From: Thecamonas trahens ATCC 50062
Taxonomy: Eukaryota; Protista; Apusomonadida
Reading direction: 5' to 3'
Assembly (NCBI RefSeq): GCF_000142905.1
Contig: NW_013657623.1
Location: 25,928 to 89,927 of the forward strand
DNA length: 64,000 bases
Positions within the stretch are counted from its first letter, which is position 1. The number at the start of each line of letters is the position of its first letter. The notes beneath the pieces were generated by a model. The model made no database searches. It saw nothing but the letters and a program-made list of their open reading frames with translations, and was not told the origin of the DNA. Shown here piece after piece: positions 32,974-43,700 of the stretch. Both the position numbers and the translations under genes were made by a program.

Positions 32974-33257
32974 AGCAAGACGAGAGAGAGAAGTGTGGCT
33001 CAGGTTGTGGAAGGTAGACCGAACGAAAAAGTGTGGCGAGGATAGTGCGGAAGAGGTGGATCTGTGTCGGTAGATGGCCGATATGTGCCATGGCTGCCGC
33101 TGGGGTGGGGGGGGGGGGGGGGGGGGGGAGCAGAGGCTGATGACGTCTCGGTGCGCGTCACTGTGGCAGCCGAGCGACAGCGACACGGCGAGTCAATATG
33201 GACGACAACGAGGAGACGGGCAGGAGCAGTAGACAGGGAGACAGACCCAACTTCAAC

Positions 33258-34169
33258 ATGCTTCGGATGATTACCATGTGTACCAGGACCATGGGGGTGG
33301 CACTGGTGCAGCAAGCGAGTCAGGGCAAGGTGGCGAGTCGGGCGAGTCGGGCAAGTCTGGCCTGTCTCGCCAGTTCGACTGGAAGTGGCGGTCGGACAGG
33401 TGGAGGAGCGATGCGGCATGATGGAGGGAATGGACGGCATGGACGGCATGGATGGAAGGTCATGGGCGGGATGATGGTCTTCTCTCGGAGTATCACCACC
33501 TTGAAGCGGCTGCGGAATGCTGGGAAGAAGGGCGATGTGGCCGGTGCTGTGGCTCTGTTTGAGGCGCTGCAAGCGGATGGTCAGACTCCACCCACAAAGG
33601 CGTGGGAAGCCATGATGGCTGCTCATTTGGCAAACTTTGATCTTGACAAGGCAAAAGAGTATGCTGATGGTCTTCTGGCTGCTTTCCCGGCGAACGAGCT
33701 GTCTGGAAAGAGCCTGGAGCCGTTGATGAAGTCCATGGGGGAGGCCGGCCGTCTGGGGGAGATGCAGGCCCTGGTCGATCGTCTCCAGCAGGCCAACATC
33801 TCACCGCTGCCCATCTCGCCGCTGGTTCAGGCTCATGTCAAGTCGGCGAATGTCGACGCTGCCGCAGAAGTGCTCGACGGCCTGGTTGCCAGTGCCGGCG
33901 AGGTCAACCAGGCGTGGATCCGGACCGTGCTCGACGGCTATTTCGGCGTCGGGTCCGGCGACGGGGTGCGCCGCATGGCCCAGATGGTCGAGGCCGTGGG
34001 CGGTGAGCCCGAACCGGCCATGCAGTCGCTACTCCAGCGCCATGCCAAGTCGGCCAATCCGGCTATGCGCGACCAAGCCAAACAGTTGCTCGACAAGTGG
34101 TTCCCGGGCACGGCTGTCGAGGACGGTCCCGTCGGTGGTGGCGGCAGCAACGGCATGCCCGGCATGTGA
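33258..34169 (+). CDS. PPR-like protein, probably mitochondrial
   Basis: Arg/Ser/Ala-rich N-terminus; ~35-aa helical repeats (GDVAGAVALFEAL, GRLGEMQALVDRL, ANVDAAAEVLDGL). Confidence 0.7.
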   Translation: MLRMITMCTRTMGVALVQQASQGKVASRASRASLACLASSTGSGGRTGGGAMRHDGGNGRHGRHGWKVMGGMMVFSRSITTLKRLRNAGKKGDVAGAVALFEALQADGQTPPTKAWEAMMAAHLANFDLDKAKEYADGLLAAFPANELSGKSLEPLMKSMGEAGRLGEMQALVDRLQQANISPLPISPLVQAHVKSANVDAAAEVLDGLVASAGEVNQAWIRTVLDGYFGVGSGDGVRRMAQMVEAVGGEPEPAMQSLLQRHAKSANPAMRDQAKQLLDKWFPGTAVEDGPVGGGGSNGMPGM

Positions 34170-34226
34170 ATCTTGTGGGTAAACGATGCCAACCCTCACT
34201 ACCACCACCCATGATCTGTATTGCAT

Positions 34227-34227
<1 letters not shown>

Positions 34228-34261
<34 letters not shown>
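34228..34261 (+). repeat. (CA)n microsatellite
   Basis: Seen directly. Confidence 0.9.
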
Positions 34262-34263
<2 letters not shown>

Positions 34264-35064
34264 GTCCTCCACCAGCCCACCAGCTTGATCTGATCCACCT
34301 CCCCCCCCCCCCTCCACCACCACCACCATCACCACCACAACCACCACAAACCCCACTATAACACCTTTTTACCATCCCCATCCCCATCCCCCTTATCCTT
34401 ATCCACCGTGTACCACGCCGCCCCATCACCGGCCAACCATCCGTCGTCCATCGCCGGTTCCGATCGAGTTCGCTGCGGGGAGAGGAGGAGGGGGGGGGGG
34501 GGGGGGGGGGGGGGTTTTTAGGGGGAAAACCCCCCCACGAGACGGGAAAAGGGGGCGAGGACCAAGAGTATAGTGAGAGGTTCATACTGCCCTCTACTTG
34601 CAAGAGTTGGAGGTGGTGACAAGGACCGGTTAGAGCTGGTAAGAGTTGCCCAGGTACCACTCGGCTGAAAGTGGGCTGCTCGCGCGTGCCGCTTGGCTGC
34701 TGACGACGACAGAGCTGGTGCTGACAGTGGCGACAGAGCTGGTGCTGACAGTGGCAAGACAACGATCACATCACATCCAACGAGACAAGGCATTTGAGTG
34801 GGAGAAAGCGTGAGAACTCTCCTCCAAATAATCATCATCATCATCATCATCAACTTGAGTGATCAGCTCGTGTCCTTGACAGACAGACAGACAGACCAAT
34901 CGATCGATCGAGGTACTTGGTGCGAGTCATCTGATACGCGCTCAGATCCAGGCAATCTCGACGTACTCTCTCTCTCTCTCTCTCTCGGTCTCTCGGTCTC
35001 TCGGTCTCTTTGATCTGCTCGATTGTCGTTATCTTGTTGGACTTGATCTCGAGTCGTTGTGAGA

Positions 35065-36471
35065 ATGGGTCTGCTCGGTAGACGGCGTCAGCGGAGCGTA
35101 CAGGTGCGGTGTCCGGCCTGCCGTGGTGTGCTCAACTGCCCCGAGCACGCTCCACTTGTGTCATGTCCGTGTGGGCAGGTGCTGGAGCTGAGCCGTAAGC
35201 CACAGGCGGGGGCGTACAACAACTCGATCCACGCCAATCAGGCGCCGAGTAGGTATGGCATGGCTGCTGGGCCGCGCGGACCGCGCGGACATGGTTACTA
35301 CGGGAACGGCGGGCAACAGTATCCGCAGCAGCAGCATCGTCAGGCTCCCTCGCGGAGGCATGGTGGCGGTGGGCAGGGAGGCCGGAGCCGGAGCCGAGCC
35401 AGCAACAGTGGGCGACAGGAGCCGCCGCACGGTAGTGGGCAGGGTGGAGGCAGGCGTAGACGTGGTGGCGAGCTGAAGCAGGCACCATGTAGGACGTGTG
35501 GTGGGGTTATCCAGTTCCCTGCCGGTGCGAGTCAGGTTCAGTGTCCGTGTGGAGCCATTATTGACCGCAGCCGACGGAGCGGTGGTCGAAGCAGCGGCCG
35601 GAGTAGCGGCCGGAGTGGCGGCCGGAGTGACGCTGGTAGGAGCGGCGACCGTGAGCGGCCGCGACCGTCCCAAGAAAAAGACAAGAGCAAGAAGAAGGCC
35701 AAAGCCAAGACCAAGAAGCAAAGCAGAGAGCACGATGGTCCGCCGCCACCCAGCAGGTGGGATGACGGACCGAGGCTGCCAGATCCAGCCAAGCTGCCCA
35801 AGCCCAAGCCGTGGACGTCCAAGCTTCCGCCGCCGATTCCACATGGCAGCGGAGGTAGCGGAGGTCGTACGCCGTCGCGCACCCCGTCGCGCACTCCGTC
35901 GCGGTCACCGTCTGCACTGGGCACGGTGGCGGGCGGAGGGCGGTCAGGATCGCGTTCGCCGGCGCCTCCGCGACGGCTGGCGCCGATCGGCGCGCCGCCT
36001 CCGGCGGCAGCGGTGGCGGCAGTGGCAGCAAGTGATAGTGGACGGTCCAAGCGTGCGCCGACACATCAGATGACGCGGACTGACACGCTCGCGTCGCTGA
36101 CAAACGCCTCGCTCGATTTGTACAAGGCATGGCTGTACAAGCAGTCGAAGAGCGGGACGCGGTGGGACAAGTTTTGGTGTGAGCTATATGACGACGGCAT
36201 TCACTGCTGGACGAACAAGCCGAGGCGCGGAGGCAAGCGCCGCGGAGTGGTCTCGTTTGACGAGATCGCAGTCCAAGCCGTGTATGCGCGCGGGCGGCAG
36301 CGCGATGGGCGGCATGTCTTTGCCATTGCCACTGCCGAGCGCGAGTACGTGTTTGGCACCGAGGCTGTTGATGAGTACGAGATCTGGCTCGAGCTCATGG
36401 CTGAGGACTACGAGGTTGTTGATCAGAGAGGCGACAGCGGGTCCGATGACGCAAGTGATGAAGACTTCTGA
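35065..36471 (+). CDS. Two LSD1-like zinc ribbons, disordered linker and C-terminal PH domain
   Basis: CPAC...CPC and CRTC...FPAGASQVQCPC; KAWLYKQ..WDKFW..REYVF...EYEIWL. Confidence 0.75.
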   Translation: MGLLGRRRQRSVQVRCPACRGVLNCPEHAPLVSCPCGQVLELSRKPQAGAYNNSIHANQAPSRYGMAAGPRGPRGHGYYGNGGQQYPQQQHRQAPSRRHGGGGQGGRSRSRASNSGRQEPPHGSGQGGGRRRRGGELKQAPCRTCGGVIQFPAGASQVQCPCGAIIDRSRRSGGRSSGRSSGRSGGRSDAGRSGDRERPRPSQEKDKSKKKAKAKTKKQSREHDGPPPPSRWDDGPRLPDPAKLPKPKPWTSKLPPPIPHGSGGSGGRTPSRTPSRTPSRSPSALGTVAGGGRSGSRSPAPPRRLAPIGAPPPAAAVAAVAASDSGRSKRAPTHQMTRTDTLASLTNASLDLYKAWLYKQSKSGTRWDKFWCELYDDGIHCWTNKPRRGGKRRGVVSFDEIAVQAVYARGRQRDGRHVFAIATAEREYVFGTEAVDEYEIWLELMAEDYEVVDQRGDSGSDDASDEDF

Positions 36472-36661
36472 GCATTCAGCGCTATTGTGATTGATGAGAG
36501 GCCGAGGCAGTGGGGGAGATGGGGGAGAGAGAATGGCGTGTGTTGGGCAGGAGTGGCGAGTTGGAAAACTAATGGTTGTTATTCTTGACAAATGTGGTCA
36601 ATGGTAATAAAGAGGTGCGGCAGGAGCAATGTCTCGGAAACGCGCCGTGGACAGTGATGCC

Positions 36662-37753
36662 TCACTCGGACTCGCCGGGGAGGAACTGCACGGTGACGTG
36701 GTGATGGACATGCTTACCGAAGCGGGGACCGCGACCGTGGCGATGCGCGTGGTGCGGCGGGCCGTGGTGGTGCGCGTGATGCGGCGGGCCGTGGCGATGG
36801 GCATGCTTGCCGAAGCGCGGGCCGCGGCCGTGGCGATGGCCAAACTTGCGACCCTTGCCAAACTTGCCGCACTTGCGGCCGCGCGCCGATGAGACGGCGA
36901 TGAGACGGCGGAGGATGGCCTCCGGCACGGGCTCGCCGGCGTCGAGGAGGGCAGCAGCCTTGGCAGCGACGTTGCGCGGGCCGACACCCGACGCCTTGCG
37001 CTCGGCGATCTCGGCGTCGACGGCGTCGACGTGAGCCTGGATGGCAGAGGCGCGTTCGGCGTCGCCGGCAGCAGCGAGGGCGGCGGCCTTGGCAGCCTTC
37101 CGCGACTTGACGCGGAAGAGAACATGCATGGGCACGTGGACAATCCAAGCCATCGGGTTGGTCTCGTCACAATCGTTGGCGTCCTCAGCATCAAGGTCAG
37201 TCGAGGTTGAGGCCGAGGCCGAGGCCGAGGCGCTGGCCGACATGTTCATCGAGGCCGAGCCAGAGTCCGACGACGACGACGACGACGACGAGAGCGGCAT
37301 CGACCCGTCACGAATGGCAAGCTCGGTCTCAATGGCGGCAATGATGCCAGAGAGACGAGCGATCTTGCCAGTCTTGCCCTTAGCCACGGCCTTGTCATGG
37401 GCCGCTGACTTCTTGGCGAGCATCGCCAGAAGGCGCGGCGTGGCGAGGGTCGGGATGCGGGCGAGGATCTTGGGCGGAGCGTTAGCGACCGGAGCCTCGA
37501 GAGATGTGGCCTCGGTGGCGTGGGCATCAAGGGCGGCCTGGATGGCCTCGAGCTGCTCCTCGATGCGGGCGATGCGCTTGGGCGGGGCATCGGCATCGAG
37601 AGCCTTGTTAAGGCGCTTGGACGTGTTGGCCAGCATCTTGGAGAGCTTGGCCGGGCCTGCAGCCGCGATCTTGGCAGCAAAGGCAGGCGAAAGTGTGGAC
37701 GACTTGTTGTCGGTGATCTTGTTGTTGTTGTTCATCTTGTTCATGTTGTTCAT
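36662..37753 (-). CDS. Hypothetical protein with three ~45-aa helical repeats and a His-rich tail
   Basis: Strong GC3-type codon usage; internal repeats; ATG at 37753. Confidence 0.65.
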   Translation of the reverse strand: MNNMNKMNNNNKITDNKSSTLSPAFAAKIAAAGPAKLSKMLANTSKRLNKALDADAPPKRIARIEEQLEAIQAALDAHATEATSLEAPVANAPPKILARIPTLATPRLLAMLAKKSAAHDKAVAKGKTGKIARLSGIIAAIETELAIRDGSMPLSSSSSSSSDSGSASMNMSASASASASASTSTDLDAEDANDCDETNPMAWIVHVPMHVLFRVKSRKAAKAAALAAAGDAERASAIQAHVDAVDAEIAERKASGVGPRNVAAKAAALLDAGEPVPEAILRRLIAVSSARGRKCGKFGKGRKFGHRHGRGPRFGKHAHRHGPPHHAHHHGPPHHAHRHGRGPRFGKHVHHHVTVQFLPGESE

Positions 37754-38578
37754 GTCTTTTGAGTGTGCGGTTGTGGTGTGTGCTTGCGGCGGCCGAAATC
37801 GTCGCCAGTTTTGTGGTGCTTGGCGAACGCTGGACTCCATTTTTCCTTTGACCGCGGATGGCACGGTAACGTCGCAGATGCGACAGACCGCGATGGGGAG
37901 GGGGAGGGGGAGGGGGGGGGGAGGTAGAAAGGATAGAATCGCCAGACAAAACATGCTTGAGCAATACGACGGCTGCGCAAGCAGTCTCGCACACAAGCTT
38001 CATTCAAGGGCGACGCACTGCTCGACGACGCGGGACGACGCGTGTCAGGATCGGGTCCTCTCAATCATCGATTGGGGTGTATCTAACGCCTGCATGGACG
38101 ACAGACAAGATTACCGTGAACATGTGTAGACAAAGCTGGTCATGTGTATGTGGATGCGTGTGTGCGTGCATGCGTGCGTGGCTGCATGGTCATCAAATCA
38201 ATCATCCACATCATCAACTCCAAATAACAAGGAGCCAATCAAGCAACAAAAAGCAGCGCGGGAGACGCATCAGCAGCCATTGACCGATGGAGACAATGAA
38301 CAGGCAATGATTGTGAGGGACATAAATACGATAACCATCACATTCATTGGTTACAGATGCTTGTCATCTAAAGTGATGGATCCCAGACAGAAAGCAAGCC
38401 ATTGATTGCGAGGGAAAGAGTGCCAAAAATGAGCGAGCAATGGAGCGAGCATCGTCGTCGTCGTCGTCGGTTGCCACGGACACGTCACTTGGACGAGCGG
38501 TAGGAGAGAGTGGAGGAGCCGGACAGGTTGGAGCAGGCAGGGAAGAGCGAGAGGTAACATAAGTATTTGAGAATTGGC

Positions 38579-39430
38579 ATGGAGTTTGTTCGTAACCGTG
38601 ATGCACACCCTTGGCCTGGACATGAACTTGAGTTTGGTTTGGTTGGAACCGTGGCGGGCTTTGTCGTCTATGCCGTCATTGCGTGGTTGATCAAGGCCGT
38701 GACCGGGATCCCATGGCGGAGTGGGGATTTGGAGAAGGACGCGGCAAGGAAGATCAAGCCTCGGTTCAAAGCCCTTAGTATCCTTGACCAGGATGCGTTG
38801 TATGGTATGCACTGGGAGCTGCGCTCGTGCATCCATTCGCTCACAGCTCCATATCTCGCGCTGTGGATCATGGTCTACGCATCGCCCGAGATCCTCGTCG
38901 ATCCTGTGACTACCACCTCGTGGTACATGGTCCTTCTCCTCTCTGTCGACGTCGGCTACTACTGCTATGACATGTTTTGGATGGTCTACTACAAGGGCGA
39001 GTTTGACATCATCTTCTTTGCCCATCACGTGGTGGCCCTCTCGACCTACGGCCCGGTCCTCTTCACCGGCACCTTTGTCGGCATCGGTGCCGTCACGTAC
39101 CTCTACCACATCCCAACTGTTGTCGGCAACATCCTGACGTACTACACCAATGCGCGAAAGGAGCGGTCCATCGGCCACAAACTGTTTACTGCCTTCATTC
39201 TCCTCCTCTGGATCCCGTGCCGGTTCGGAGCAACGGTGGCAACAGGCTACGTGGTCTACGTCCACTGGACCGTCATCTCGCTCATGCCCAAGTTCCAGAT
39301 CTTCTCGGTTATCGTCTTTGCTGTTGGCTTTATGGCGCTCTTCAACACCGTTGCCTTTGTGCAGTACTCGCAGCGTCTCATGCGGTCGTTTGGGTCCGAG
39401 AGAAAGGTCGAGGAGACCAAGCAGGATTGA
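38579..39430 (+). CDS. TLC domain membrane protein
   Basis: SCIHS, VGYYCYDM, FFAHHVV motifs and multiple TM helices. Confidence 0.75.
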   Translation: MEFVRNRDAHPWPGHELEFGLVGTVAGFVVYAVIAWLIKAVTGIPWRSGDLEKDAARKIKPRFKALSILDQDALYGMHWELRSCIHSLTAPYLALWIMVYASPEILVDPVTTTSWYMVLLLSVDVGYYCYDMFWMVYYKGEFDIIFFAHHVVALSTYGPVLFTGTFVGIGAVTYLYHIPTVVGNILTYYTNARKERSIGHKLFTAFILLLWIPCRFGATVATGYVVYVHWTVISLMPKFQIFSVIVFAVGFMALFNTVAFVQYSQRLMRSFGSERKVEETKQD

Positions 39431-40310
39431 AGGCAACGGCCAGACGTAGTGCTGTAGTGGTAGAAGGCAAGCAGTTGTGGTGGTGTGGAGGGGGGAGAAC
39501 CATAGTGGCGTGATCGGTAGCATGGAGGGAGCAGGCGGAGAGCGTGTCCGTGATTTGAGAGCTGGATACAAAGCCAACATACAGGGTGGAGCGACGGAGA
39601 AAGCTACTGATCGGAGACATCTGGTGTATGTTGAATACAACTATACACGTGCAGTGTGAGTACTCCTTGCCTTCCTGGTGCCTATTGGTCAAATACTTGA
39701 TGTCGATGCTGTTGTGCGTGGTTGATGGCAGCAAGACACATCAGTGATCAAGCATTTTCCTGTCGTTCTCGTCTCACGCTTTTAACATCACACATACACG
39801 GCACGCACAACAAAATGCCTTCCACACTCGTCAAGATGCTTGTTGTCATCTATACAACCCGTCCACGCTGTCCATCCATCTCCCAACTGTATCAATCGCT
39901 TGTGCTTCGCCTTTGAATGACTTTTTGTTATTTCATTATCGGGAGACTGCGACGAGTCCGCCACATCCACATAGCTCACGCGCAACATGGACACCTGTCT
40001 ACCGTCTTTACCGGCTAGACGTCAGGCATGCAGGCCTCTATCACTACTACAACTAATGTCTTGTGTCTGCCATCGCGATGCTTGCAGACACGGTCTGATC
40101 GCCTCGTTCCATCGCTAATCAGGGTGTTCCCACCACGGCTTTTCATCTACTACAGCCCAGCATCGATGTCTCGCTCTGTACTACACGCTGCAAGTCCTAT
40201 GCCCTTTCACAGCCACCGCATGCAGTTTCTAGGCGGGACGACGTTGAGACGCACTTGGGCAATGCAGTAAACACATCAAGTATGGTGGTCCGGCCGCTGC
40301 TGTCAGAAAT

Positions 40311-40383
40311 GGTCGGGTAGCTCAGTCGGTAGAGCGACAGTCTAATAAGCTGTCGGTCGCGGGTTCGAGCCCCGCTCTGACCA
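40311..40383 (+). tRNA. tRNA-Ile(AAT)
   Basis: 73-nt cloverleaf, anticodon loop CT-AAT-AA, GGTTCGAGCCC, T-tract. Confidence 0.95.
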
Positions 40384-40402
40384 TATTTTTCTACAACTGA
40401 TT

Positions 40403-40475
40403 GGTCGGGTAGCTCAGTCGGTAGAGCGACAGTCTAATAAGCTGTCGGTCGCGGGTTCGAGCCCCGCTCTGACCA
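40403..40475 (+). tRNA. tRNA-Ile(AAT), tandem copy
   Basis: Identical to 40311-40383, 19-nt spacer. Confidence 0.95.
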
Positions 40476-40794
40476 CATTTTTTTTGCCTTTGCCAACACC
40501 CTCCTCTTCTTCACGTCCCGATCTCATCCCTCACCACCCCATTGCTCTTCTTCATACCTCATCCCATACCCCCCCTCTCCTCTCCCCTTTGATCTTGCTC
40601 ACGGAACTCGAATCTGATTTGTCACCAAATGGCAAACTGACATGTGCCACGACAAGTTTGCTGAGAGTGAGGCACGTGACCGGACAATGGATGCAACAAC
40701 GGCAGAGACCTGAGCATGGCAGGCATAGCCACACGAGTCTTCATTTTCTCCACCTCTCTCTCTTCCATTCCTCCCCACCACACTTGACAGTAGC

Positions 40795-43700
40795 ATGCTG
40801 GGGTCGTCATCGGCGGCGAGTGGGTTACGAGCTAAGACTGGGTCGGCGAGCGGAGAGCGACCGAAGGTGCCGAGCCGGAAGAAGCAAGAGGTCCAGGGGA
40901 GCAAGAAGGGCGAGAAGGGCGAGAAGGGTGAGAAGGGCGACAAGGGGAGTCGCAGCAAGGATGTGCAAGGAGGGGGCAAGGAAGAGGTCTCAGGTGACCA
41001 TGTCATGGTTCATGTCTTTGCTCTCCTTCCCGGGGGACCTGGTGCTGGCTCGGGAGCTGCCGTCTCGGCTGGTGCATCGGGTCCGAGCAGGGAAAGGCCG
41101 AGCGGTGGTGGCGGTGGTGGCGATGGTGACTACACGGATCCATCGGCTTCGATGACAACCTTCCTCATGGACAGATCGACGCCGCTCCCGCTCTTTGGTG
41201 AACTTGTCGCCAACCACTTTTACCCCAGTCAGGTGCAGAGCTCAGGGCGCCGATCAGGCGGTGGTGCCGGCGCGGGACGAAGGAGCCCGACTGCGGTGGC
41301 GGTCTTCAAGTTTGACAAGGCCTCCGAATCCACTGAGCGGATTGAAATGACCGAAGACGAGGCAAGTCTTGGGTCGGTGGTGGGAAGGGAGAGCCAAGTC
41401 AACCTGATGGTGTGTGTCGAGCCGGTGCCGGTGTCGACCGAGCGGATGCTGCGGATCATGACCCAGATGCTGACGCCGACTGACGCCGTCCTCCACACCG
41501 TGCGGCGGCTCAAAGCCGATCCACAGAGTATTGAGGCGATCGACCGGCTGGCGTCTGTCTGGACGAGCCAGCAGGCCAGCTCGCCACTTGGCACATCGGA
41601 CGCGTCGGCGGTGCAGTCCTCGGCAACACCAATCATTTTCGGACTCATCCTTGCGTCGGGCAACACTGTGTGGAGCGAGGCCATGCGTGAAGAGCTGACC
41701 GGCAAGTCGGCGAGCCACGCGCTTGCTTGGCTTGTCCGGCTACTGCAGGACGACCAGTTCCAGGCTGCGTTCAACAAGCACATCAAGCCGCTCCACCTTC
41801 GCCACCTCCACATGCACTTGACGAGCGAAGTGGCAGACGTGCGCGATGTGGCGCTGCTGTTCATTGGCCAGCTCCAGCGGTTCTCGCCCAAGCTCCAGAA
41901 CTACACCCAGTACATCCCGCAGTTCTGCATCAAGGATGTCACCGAGTTCCTGCTCTCCTTCACCAAGGCACCCGAGAGCCGGTACCGGTTCTCGCCGGCG
42001 ACGGCTCGCCGCCTCGGTGCCCTCATCGACAACCACGAAGAGGCCATTCAGCTGCCACAGCTCGACGAGGCTCACATCGCAAGCGTGACAAACGGCTGCA
42101 TCCTCGTCGATCCGGTGACTGGCAAGATCACTACCGCTCACCTTAACCGACTCTTTACCGATGTCGCCGATCCCGACGACGACGACGCCGACGTCGGCGA
42201 ATCCGGCGACGGCACGGCCGCGGCCGCAGCGTCAGCCGGGCCCGAAAACTCGGCCACGGCGTCGACCACGCCCGCGTTTTCGTTTGCCGCAGCCAAGTCA
42301 GACGGGGTCGGCGCTGACGGGCAAGGTGCTGCTGCTGGCGACATGGGTTTGGGAGCTGCGGGAGCGACTGGGCCAGGGACCGGGACCGGAGACGGAGCTG
42401 GAACCGGGGCTGATGCTGGATTTGGGCCGGGGGCAGGAGGTGCGGCTGGGGGCGAAGGTGGCGCTGACGGCGAGGCAGGCGGAGGCGCAAGCAGCAGCGC
42501 ATCCACGACCAGCAGCACAATCGGCATGTCTGGCATGAGTGGTCCGAACGCGAGCGCAAACACGAGCGTAGCTGCCAGCGACGGGTCCAAGATCGAGGCC
42601 TACAACCAGACACTAGCCGGGAGTGGCACTGGTGTCGGAGCCGGGTCTGGAGCCGGAGCCGGAGGAGGAGCCGATGCCGAGGCATCCAACAGCGCAGCGG
42701 CTTCTGCAAGCACCAGCAGCACGGCCGGCGCAAGCGGCGCAAGCGGTGGTGAGGGCACCAAGGCCGAATCCCACCACCAATCCGGGGCCGAGCCGGTGCA
42801 GGGCGGAGACGAAGGCAAGGCGGAAATACCGTTGAGCGGCGCTGAAGGCGAGAGCGCGTTTGTGACTGCGGTGAGTGGGCGGGCGAGCGGCTCGGGCGGA
42901 CCACCGCACCCATGCGCCGAGGCACTGGCGGCGGTGCTGACTCGGCGAGAGCGACTGGAGGAGCGGCGGGCGGAGAAGGCTGCGCTGCTGGAGAAGCTGG
43001 AGAGCAAGAACAGTGAGATGGCCAGCCTCAAGTCTGCACTGCTGGCCAAGATTGCGTCGAGCAAGAGCGAGTCATCCAAGAAAAAGAACGAGGGCAAACT
43101 GGCCAAGCTTGGGCTCAAGATCAAGTCGCATGCGGCCAAGCTGAGCAAGGCACGAATGGCAATGGAGGAGATCGAGCTCGAGCTGCGGTCTGTGCACTGG
43201 CAGCGCGAGGGCACACTCATTGTCTCGCACCTGCACTCGCTCATCGACTCGGTGGCACGCGACGACGACGCGACAGACATCAAGGAGCAGCAGGATCGGT
43301 GGAAGTCGCAACTTCTTGACTTGTCGAGCGATGTGGTGACGGCGTCGACGTACGTAGGCATGGTCGGGCTGATGAAGGCCGGCAAGTCGTCGACGATTTC
43401 CGGGCTGGTGGGCTGCGACATTTGCCCATCTCGGGCGACGGCAATGACTGTCATTCCGACCATCATCACCCATGTCGAGGGCGTGCAGGTGCCACGGCTC
43501 TTCTTTCCGCCGGCGTGCGTGGAGGCACTGCGAGCTGCAGTCGCCGCCATCAAGTCACACCTCAGCTCACTCGACTCGCGGCTGGCAACGTCCAAGAAGG
43601 AGATGGACGACTTGCTCGAGCTCATCTACTCGAACGATAGCGCCATCCAGTTTAGTGTGGCGGCGATTTGTGGTGTTGAGGAGATCCAGAGCGCGCTGGT

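Noticed and set aside
39431-40310. Possible ncRNA or gene in a lower-GC intergenic stretch
   Set aside because: No snRNA, snoRNA or rRNA signature recognised, and the ORFs lack codon bias
40906-40947. Collagen domain (GEKGEKGEKGDKG) in the giant kinase
   Set aside because: Only four to five Gly-X-Y triplets, encoded by a 9-nt tandem repeat
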